NCBI RefSeq assembly: GCF_009914755.1
Contig: NC_060926.1
Reading direction: 5' to 3' (one strand)
Source of the DNA: the human T2T-CHM13v2.0 reference genome, Homo sapiens
DNA length: 64,000 nt
Shown here: positions 52,429 through 64,000 of the stretch, in pieces
Layout: each line of letters begins with the position of its first letter
How positions within the stretch are numbered: position 1 is the first letter of the stretch
The notes under the pieces: generated by a model
What the model saw: the letters and a program-made list of their open reading frames with translations, nothing else
Told to the model about the DNA's origin: nothing
Databases searched by the model: none
Program-made: the position numbers and the translations under genes

Positions 52429-53776
52429 TGTAACTGATTGCATTTTCCAGTAATTCTTATAGCACTATCTCCCATCCCAAATTTAGCTATGCAGTATGAC
52501 CTTGTTACTCTCCCATCAAGGGATGGAGGCTAATTCCCTTCTCCCTGAATCTGGATCAGCCTAAGCAACTCAATTAAAACCAACAGGACACGACAAAAGT
52601 GAAGTTATGTGTGACTTTCGAGGCTATGTCAAAGGAAGCCTTCTGTCTGTTGAAAAGTTAGCTCTCCAGATATTCCTTCTCAGCATGCACCCTGTCACCA
52701 CTCAGTCACCATGCTCTGAGAGGCCCAAACCAAACAGAGGCCACACATAGGTGTTCTGATCTGCGGTCCCAAGTGAGCTCAGTCTATAGGTCATCTCAGT
52801 CCAAATGCCAACCATGTAATGGAGGAAGCCCAAGAAAATTCCAGTGCCCAGCCTTTGAGTCATCCACAGCCATTTAGTCCCCAGATGAGACCCAGACATC
52901 AAGCTGCTGAGACAAGCCATCACCCTGACCCTGGTCAGAATCCTGGTCCACTCTCTTGGCTCTTTTGAAGAGGGTCAAAACAGAGGATGAAAAAGAGAAA
53001 GTCTCAAAGGAGAAGAAAGTCTCAAAGCCACAGAAGAGGAGAAAAGGAAAGAGGAGAAGCAAGAAGCCAAAGGGATCAAGGAGAAGATCAAGTTGGCCTG
53101 AGCAGACCTCTCCTGATTCATGGCTTCTTGCCAAGTCTCCCACCTTTTTCCCCTAACCCTTCAGATTTTATATTTTCTATTTATCTATTTTATATTTATA
53201 TAAAAATTTATCAAATATAAGTATTCCCAGGGACTAAACAGAAACCAAGGCCCTGAGCCCATGGCAGCTATGCTGGGTGAGCTCTTCTAGGAGCTGCATT
53301 GCCACCCATCCCTCCCCAGTTTTTAACTTTGAACCATAAAAGGTGCCAAGTCTGGGTGGAAGTAATACTTTTATGCAACCATAAGACAAAATCCTGAAAT
53401 GCCATGGGCCGCTTAGTAGCTTTGGAAAGGTGCCCTTATTGAGCATTCTAAAAGGGTTGGCTGGGTCTTTAAGGACCCACTGTTCTTCTCAGTCTCCTAA
53501 GGTTAACATCGCCCATTTTTAGGTTGGTTCTGTTTTCATAGCTCCCACTGGTCTCAAGTGAGCTAGGGAATTCACTCTGCCTGCCCTCTCTCTGTCTTGC
53601 CCCAGTTCTGAAGGGGTAGGGTGGTAGTCTAGTTTCCTTTTGAGATATTATTTTCATTTTTGTTTGACTCTTTGTGATAAAATGGTACATTTCCATACCT
53701 TCTTAAAAAAATCCTCATCTGCAGGATCTGTGAGTATAACATAGTTGCTTTACACAACTAATAGTGATGTTTGTTA
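52429..53776 (+). mobile_element. MLT1G-like LTR (52429-52951 and ~53710-53776), split by HDAC1 retrocopy
   Basis: GATTGCATTTTCC...TATCTCCCATCCCA...CTCCCATCAAGGGATGGAGG...CTGAATCTGG; resumes AGGATCTGTGAGTATAA after the retrocopy. Confidence 0.82.
52950..53711 (+). pseudogene. HDAC1: processed pseudogene of histone deacetylase 1 (C-terminal ~45 codons plus full 3'UTR; frameshifted, 5'-truncated and inverted)
   Basis: Translates [11 protein letters not shown]...ATEEEKRKEEKQEAKGIKEKIKLA* (stop 53099-53101) vs HDAC1 [42 protein letters not shown]; 3'UTR matches recalled HDAC1 (TCAGATTTTATATTTTCTATTT, TACTTTTATGCAACCATAAGACAAA, GCTTAGTAGCTTTGGAAAGGTGCCCTTATTGA); no introns; decayed PAS GATAAA 53676-53681; A-tract 53705-53711. 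Confidence 0.93.
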
Positions 53777-55510
53777 ATAAGTGTTTTTATTAGGAATTGT
53801 TACATTTTGTCAAATGACTTTTGAGCATCTGTGGAGATATTTTATTTTTTCTTTAAACATATTAATATGTTGATTTATATTGATAGATTTATTAATTGAT
53901 ATTACATGTAAAACAGCTTGACATTAATGAAATTAATCTTACTTGGCCATGATATATTGTTAAATATACTATTGGATTTGACTTGCTAGTATTTAAGATG
54001 TTTGCATTAATATTTATAGGTGATATTGGTCTTTGGCTTCCTTTTTTGAAATCTTTACCAGATTTAAATACCAGTTATACTGGCCTCATGTAAAGAATTT
54101 AGAAATTTTTCTCCTTCTCTGAGCTCTGGAATAGTTTAAGCAGCACTGGGATCATCTTATCTTTGAGGGTTGTACAAATATATAAGCCTGATGCTTTTCT
54201 CTGGGGGATTCATTGATTAACTATCTATTTCTTTTATAAAAAGTATGACCTTAATATTTTCTGCCTCTATTGGGGTCAATTTTGATAAATTATACTTTGC
54301 TAGGAAATTAGCCATTTTAGCAAGGTTGTCAAATTCATATGCACAGGATTGAGCAGCATTATCTCCCTTTTTAAATACATACCTTGTTCGAATGATGTTT
54401 CATGGTCATTTCTTGTATCATATATTAGTCCTTCTTGACTAATTTGCTAGCAATTTGCTTCTTTTGCTGATTTTTAAAAGCACTTTACTTGTTTAGTTCT
54501 ACTGGGTTTTGTTTCCTGTTTTCTGCTTAATAAATGTTGGGTTTTGTCATTATTATTTCCCATCTGCTTTTTGAAATTTTAACTTGTTGCTGTATTCCTA
54601 CATTTCTGAGTCAAATATTTCTTTTATTTTCATTTTTATTGACCTGATTATGTAATTCTTCCCACCACTGCTTTAATGTTATTCCAGAGATTCCATTATA
54701 CAGTGTTTCCATTATCATTATTTTGGGATGGTTTTTGTTTCCATTTTGACCCAAGAATTTAATAAGGAGTTTGATATCTTTTAGATAAGAAGGGCCTCTA
54801 AAGATTTTTTTGATTAAATGCCTATTTTTACTGCATTTGACTATAGAATGTTGTTCATGTTATTTTTCTTCCATAGAACGGAGCTTTTAAAATGAATTGG
54901 TATAAGTCAGATTTGTTATATAGTTAAGATTCATGTGCAAAGTGAGGCACTTTAGTGCAAAGCCTACTTGGAACCCACAGCCAGAGCACTGAGTAGAGTT
55001 AGATGAGGACCTGAGATAATTAAAAGTTGGACACAAGGTGTTCAATACACAAGGTGCTTCTTTGCCAATATTATTTATTTTTATTGTTTCTGAGTCACTT
55101 TGTTTCAGATATGTCACATGCATATTGCAGAGGTGGGTATTGCTTTGTAAGCCTTTACAAATCTTTTTCAATACATGATTGATGCCATTTACATGTAATA
55201 ATATGACTGATGTATTTGGTCTCAGCTCTTATATATACATAGATACATATATATGTATAATTTACTGTATTATATTTGTGTGTTTTTCACTGTTTTATTT
55301 TTATTTTTTGCATTCTTTTGATAGGAAGATTTTTATTTTTTTCTAGTGATTACTTTTGTACTAATACTCTTGTGTATTATTTTTAATCCTCCTTTTCCTT
55401 AAGCTTTTCTTATGTGATTTCTTAGCTTGAAAAAATAATTTTTGACTCCAAAATACGTGATAAGTTCATGGGCTTTCCATAGTTTTCTTTTCTCTTTCTC
55501 CCATCTCCTC

Positions 55511-55809
<299 letters not shown>

Positions 55810-57624
55810 TGTCTCATTTTCTTCTATTTTGTCAAGCACATATAGAAATCACATGAACCTTTTCCATATTTATACTCACCCAAATGTTCTGAATTCTCAC
55901 TACCAGTCCATTTGCCAAAAATTTCTCCAGCATCTGAAGGTGTGATGTAATATGCTCCATAGTGGATTCTTCAAGGAGGGCTTGGAGGTGTGCTATTTTT
56001 TGAGTTCTTGCTGTGTTGAACTGCTTTTCTTTAGCTTAATTCTTAGAAGACAGCTTGACTGGATATAAAAAGCTTTGTCATTCTATCCTTGATTTTCTTG
56101 AAAACAGTGCTTCATTATTGTCTTAATTTGTATGTTGATGTCAATAATTCTCATACCAACTTTAGTTTCCTTTCCTTTTTAAGTGGCTTTTTTAAAATTT
56201 AAACGTCTGAAGAAATATTTTTCTTTATCTCTAAAGTCCAGCAGTTTTACTAGGATGTATTTCAAAGTAAATTTTTGTCAGTACATGGAAGGCTTTCAGT
56301 ACTGTATGTACAATCAAGTCTTCTTTTATTTTAGAAATGTTTTTTAGATTGTCATTTTAAGTATTAGTTCTGTTCCAATATTTTGTTTTGGTTCTTCTTG
56401 GATTCCAATCATATCAATCTTTATCTCTCTGCTCTTTTTTCATCTTTCTTTATTAATGTTATTCTTTTGCTATTTCTTCATATGTATTTTTTGTATCTTT
56501 CACTATTATCAAACATATCTACTTTCCTGTGGGCACCTTGTAATTAATCTTTATTATGGTATAACTATCTTTTTCCTCAGTTATTCATTACTACTAGTTC
56601 AGTTAGCTTTTATTTTACATCAGTCTGGTATTCGTGGTTTTCACAATTGGTCTAATTCACAGTGGAGCATTTTCTTGTCTCCATTAGCTCTTTATCTTAA
56701 AATGCTTTCACAACCAGGCTTCCAATTAATACCTCCCACTTCTATGATGTTGCTCTGTCTCCCAGATGTAGTGTCTTTCCAAGATTGCTCCTCTAGTCCA
56801 ATACACTTTCCGAGTCTCTTCTCTTAAATTAACATGCCAGTTATCAGGCATCTTCACAATCTTTGCCCATTGAAAGTTTGACTAGCTTCTTCTAGGTTAA
56901 ACCCTAGTTGATGTGATTGGAATTGTATTCCCAATAGGAACATTCCTCACTCTTCATTCTTCTGTTGACAATTTACTAGGTTCTCAAACAATTTAGAGCT
57001 TGATTCTGCTTATTTTGTATGTTTTTTGGGTATAATATTTTTTCAGTTCTCTCCAGGATAAACTGAGTTTCTTTAGGCTAATTCTCTGATTCTTAGTTTA
57101 CTCACTTTATGTGAATTGTAGTTTGTAGGCAACTGTCTCCTAGTTTTGTCTAGCCATGGTGTTGGATAATGTTATTTACTCTCATTTATCTGCATGCTTT
57201 TTGGAGGCCGTGTGGAAAAATTTGACTGTAGGATTCAGCCATTATTTTAGTAAGAATCATAACATATCACATAATATACATATTTAAGTAGAATATAGTC
57301 CATTTAAAAATCCTTTATTGGGAGAATAACTATTTGAATATTAAGTGGTTTACATTTTGACCTATAAAAGGGAGTCAAAAATCTAACATCTTGCAATACT
57401 TTGAAAAAAAGTGTGAGCAGCAAATTAGCTTAACATAATCACATTTTTCCATAAATCAACTGACAAATTAATAAGTAAAAATGTGTGAAATTTAAAAATA
57501 ATGACAATATTTTAATTTCATAAAAACCAATAAATCAAAATGGTATAGTATTATTATTTAATGGATTATACATAGTTTCTATTGGTACTAAAGGATTTAT
57601 ATTAGACATATAGTAAAAATTTCA

Positions 57625-57998
<374 letters not shown>

Positions 57999-58224
57999 CT
58001 ATATTTTGATAAGGTGTCTAAATATTGAATACATAATATCTAAATAAAGATTACATTGAAGACCAAACAACACTATTTGTTTTTCTTTTTATCTTCTCTA
58101 AAACATAGGCTAAACAAAGTGATAGGTTTCTGACACTTCCTCATTAGTGTTGTAGAAGACTTGACACCCAATTTTCACCCCAAGATCTGTCCCTTTCCCC
58201 ACCCTAACTTTATAAGACAAACTT

Positions 58225-58330
58225 TGGCTGCACTCTGCTCCATCATTTCCAAGCCTCTGCATTTGCAATTCCTACTTCTCTGGAATTTTCTTTCATTCTT
58301 ACTTTCCTGGTAAGTACTCACCCACACAAT
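58225..58330 (+). mobile_element. L2 fragment
   Basis: AGCCTCTGCATTTGCAATTCCTACTTCTCTGGAAT...CCTGGTAAGTACTCAC. Confidence 0.4.
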
Positions 58331-59385
58331 TTTTGTTGACATTTTTTCTTGATGTGTTACATGTCTGCTTCCAAAAGCTTTAAGGTTTTGCTTCTCTAAG
58401 AGACTTTTGAGATGAATTGAATTATTATAAAATTTTGATTAATGTAAGTTTATACTGCCCCCCTCACAAAATGCACTCTCCTAAGAATTATTATTTAGGC
58501 AGACCATCATATGTAAATGTAGCATGTAAATTGTAATTGATGTATTTATGCAAATTATGTCAGATAGCAGCGTTAGGATCTGTTTAATAATAAACAATTT
58601 TCCTTTTTTTATGCAATATTGAAGAAAAATACTCTAATAGAGAAAAAGCCATGATTATATGGATAGCCATGAGTCCCTGAGACTTTTAAAAACTTCATAA
58701 GCTTAAAGTACAGTTGGCGTGAGGTCACAGAGATATCATCAGCAGTTTGCTACAAACCTGTAGCTTATGGCATCACATTCTACAGTGGCCAACACTAAAC
58801 ATTAATTTATGAAGTATTTAAATATTATCCATACAATAGAATAGAAGCTATTCTTTAACATGCTGAGAAAGAACCTTACCCATCCCTTGAACTAAGTTTT
58901 GCTACCTCCTACAACTCTTCCTTCCTCCACCCCTACCCTACTCCCACCAAATAACTCAAGGGCCCAGTGTGTTGAGAGGCGTCTCTCAATTTCAGGTCGT
59001 TCTTGTTCTGATAGTGTCATAGAGCTAGCATGCATTGCAACCTCCTCCCTCAATGTGTGTCTCATAGGCACTTCTCTTTATATTGCTTTCACCATCAGCT
59101 CACATGTGGTTCCTTTACTAGAATGGTTCCCAACCACATCTCAACAATTTTATATCAGGTATTATATAAACATGGAATAAATAAACATACAGTAGTGTAG
59201 AAACGAATAGAGGACACTGACCAAACATTTCTAAATAGAGATTAGCTACTAGGAGGCTTATAGGCATAATACTGAGCCTGTCAATAAACACTTTAAAATG
59301 CTTCAAACCAAGAAGGAGATTAATCATCAATGAATCTGAGATCTTAGGGCAATAATGTAACTCAGGAGACTATCTTGCTTTCAAA

Positions 59386-59520
59386 CAGGTAAGTACTAGT
59401 TTCCCCATTTTACAAATGTGTCCCTGGAACCTCAGAAAAAGTAAATAAAATGCCCAAAGCCCCACAGGTTATAACAGTAGTGGCAAAAGAAAACAGTTGT
59501 TTGTCTTCTGTGTCCTTTTA
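59386..59520 (-). mobile_element. MIR fragment
   Basis: TTCCCCATTTTACAAATG...CTCAGAAAAAGTAAATAAAATGCCCAAAGCCCCACAG. Confidence 0.6.
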
Positions 59521-60410
59521 CAATGCTATCACCACTTTATTGCAATGGCTTAGTTTAGAGATTTAGTTCTGTACACATAATCTTTTAATAAATTATAAAA
59601 TAGTAACATTAACTGAATTGTGAGTAATGTGATGGGAAAAAGTAAAATACAGCAAATAAAAGCCATTTTATCAAATCATACTAAAGATCTACAGATCATA
59701 CTAATGAAAAAAATTTTAATGTAAGCTTATTATGTACAAAGTGCAAATATTATGTAATAAAATCACTTATAAAGTTCATTAAGGAACAAGTAAGAGACAG
59801 ATGATTCAACAGTGTGGGCAGAAAGCTAATATTTGAACAAAATATTACTGTATAATACCTGATGATTGTTTTTTAATTAATGTAGTAAAACTCGGTATTT
59901 GAAATATAAAGCATATTAACTCATCATATAAATACCTGAAAGCCCAAGAAGTTAGGATATTTTTATTTTGAAACATTTGAAGAAAGTCTTCAAAGAAAGC
60001 TATCAACAAAGCCAAAAGGTGATTTGAACAACAGTTGGCTAAATTAAGGCATTATGACTCCAAATGTAGTTAGAAAATAACATTTTTTTTATTCTCAATG
60101 ATTTAAAAGGTACAACAAGCACAAAGCCTTCTATAATTGGCAATAATTCAATCATAATGTACAATTTCATGGAAAGAATTGTCATTACAATAAGATCTGC
60201 TTTATTGTTTTGGAACTAAATGCTAACAGGCATTATATTTAATGAGTAAAATGTATTTAAATTATAGATAAATAATATCAAGTCAAATAATACTATTGTT
60301 TTTGTGGGTTTCTTAATGTCAAAACAAACCAGAGAGAATTTTTAAGTATTATTTTTGAAAACTTCTAAAGACTTTGAATTTTTATTTATTTCTGAATATT
60401 TTACATAATT

Positions 60411-60438
60411 AAAAAATGCAGTTAAATACAAGTTTATT
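60411..60438 (-). terminator. candidate polyadenylation site (minus strand)
   Basis: minus-strand AATAAA (60438-60433), CA 16 nt downstream (60418-60417), then U6 run. Confidence 0.3.
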
Positions 60439-61238
60439 GCAGACATAACAAAATTAAAGACAGGACAATCCAGAGGAAAAAAAAGTCTATTTCATTCCAT
60501 ATAATGCAACCTCTAGCAAATGAAAACAATGAACTTTGTCTTGGGACTACTATAATCATTTACATAAGTGATTCTTAGAATTACTGGTAAATAAAAAAAG
60601 AACTTATCAAAACAAATGACTCTCTACTGAATATATCCATGAAACCATGCACTGAGGAGTGCTTCTTTTGAAAAAAAATATATAAGGCCATATTTAAAAA
60701 CAAAAAAGAAGCCATGCTTGTAACTCTCATTTTTAATACTATAGTGGAAACTCATGATTTACAGCATAATTAAGAAGTTTATTGTTGACACTATGTGCAA
60801 AGCTCACATTTCTTCCATTCAGATTGATGTCACTTAAGCAGGCACTACTGATACATTTTAGTAATCTGCAAGAAAATATTTGAGGTCTACAACTAGATAA
60901 AAGCTCACTATAGAAGAAGGAGAAACGTACTGAAATTAAATAACATTTCAAGCAGAATCCACAGGATGTTCAACTAATACAGCATTAAATTCAAAATGAT
61001 ATGGGTGCATCAAACCCTGGAAGGGTTTATGTTATGGTGCTTAAATATCACCTTGAAGCAGTTTTCTATTATCACTTATGTGTACATTTTCAATTTGAGC
61101 ATGATAGCATTTCCTGAGCTTCCTTTCATACCACCTCAGTGAGATTCTATCCACTCACAAACACTAACTAAGCACTCTGGTAGACCTGTTTCCTATTCTA
61201 GAAAAGTTCGCCTGAATGTTGTAAACCTGCAAACTCAC

Positions 61239-61419
61239 CTTTTTCTTCAATGTTCTTGTTTAATCTTGTAAGTACTCATTTCTATGTATCGCACATTTGG
61301 CAAATTTGACCACATAGCCTATTAGATCTCGTAGTTTTTAAACACAGAAATTGCAAATAGTTTTTGAATATGATAAAGCTCTCTGCAAAACTGAACCAAG
61401 GCTTGATACTGTAGCTATT
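61239..61419 (-). ncRNA. candidate non-coding exon
   Basis: branch CTAAT plus CTCTTATATTCTCACAG acceptor; AAG/GTGAGT donor; stops in all three frames. Confidence 0.3.
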
Positions 61420-61821
61420 CTGTGAGAATATAAGAGTCATGGATTAGGCTCCCTGGACAGCTGATTGAGCGTTGCTAGGCATGGTCTGACCTTGTTGCTT
61501 AAGTTCTCACATAACAGATTTATAGCCAGTGATTGAGCTCCTATCTGATACCTCTAGTTCCCACAAAGAAAAAAATACCTGTCTTTGAAGACCAGTTTTG
61601 TTTTGGAGAACATTTGACTTTAAGACTTTATTCAGAGTTGCTCTTCAAGGCTTCTATTCCCCTAATATTACCAAGGATACTGCTCTCCAAATGCTTTTTC
61701 CTTTGTATCAGAATCAAAAAGCAAAGTGAGCAGTCTGTAACTAGACCTAGAGTTAGGCAAGAATTCATAAGACATAAAGCCAGGAGTTCCACATAAAATT
61801 CTGTGCCTGAAAAATCACGGT

Positions 61822-62250
61822 GAATATTTGGGGGGTCTACTTCTATGTCCTACATTGTTATATTGCTCCATGTTTATAATTTTGCCAATACCATGTTGTA
61901 TTGATTACTTTGCTTTACAGCAAATACTGAAATTGGTAAGTGTCATTTTTGTGCTTCAGTATTTCATCAGCTATTCTGGGTCTTTTGTCTTTACACATGA
62001 AATTAAAAGTCAGTTTGTTGATATCTACAAAATATCATCCTTGGAATATTATGGGGATTTTGATGACCCTACAAATCAAGTTTTGAAGAATGACATCTTA
62101 ACAATATTGAGTCTTCTAACCTCTGAACATGGAATATCTTTCCATTTTTTAGACCTTCTTGATACATTGCTTTGTATACGTGCATATCAAGGATACTTCT
62201 GTGATACAAACTAAAAGTGTTTTGTAGTTTTCTACATACAAGCCTTGTTA
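61822..62250 (-). mobile_element. old L1M (L1MB/MC-type) ORF2 fragment
   Basis: TTGCCAATACCATGTTGTATTGATTACT...GACATCTTAACAATATTGAGTCTTCTAACCTCTGAACATGGAATATCTTTCCATTT. Confidence 0.8.
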
Positions 62251-62257
62251 TAGTATA

Positions 62258-64000
<1,743 letters not shown>

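Noticed and set aside
52956-53156. 66-aa protamine-like basic ORF (KRRKGKRRSKK...)
   Set aside because: The basic tail is a shifted frame of the HDAC1 retrocopy after a ~5-nt insertion (duplicated AGAAAGTCTCAAAG); non-ATG start
61760-61806. Minus-strand peptide ILCGTPGFMSYE resembling a kinase activation segment
   Set aside because: No properly spaced DFG upstream, no DxWSxG downstream, stops on both sides; treated as chance

Overview
AT-rich, repeat-dense primate genomic DNA. AluY, THE1 and an L1PA3-5-type LINE point to a catarrhine, most likely ape or human. I find no supportable intact protein-coding exon: the ORF-track entries are Alu, L1 or LTR translations or chance frames. The one gene-derived sequence is a 5'-truncated processed pseudogene of HDAC1 (last ~45 codons plus the whole 3'UTR, 52950-53711). 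It carries a 21-nt twin-priming 5' inversion and sits inside an MLT1G LTR that itself sits in an old L1M. The rest is a fossil record of TEs (Alu J/S/Y, L1PA/L1PB/L1MA/L1MB/L1ME, HAL1, L2, L3/CR1, MIR, THE1/MLT/MER21/LTR33/ERV1 LTRs, MER5/MER103) separated by TE-poor, enhancer-like islands. The main unexplained structures are a 217-bp element with 57-bp inverted arms and a candidate 8-bp TSD (45992-46208), two hairpin-rich templated-insertion scars (8051-8333, 29522-29598), and a possible minus-strand non-coding exon and poly(A) site near 60.4-61.5 kb. All family calls come from recalled consensus sequences; no database search was run. I do not see evidence of a new multi-gene system.
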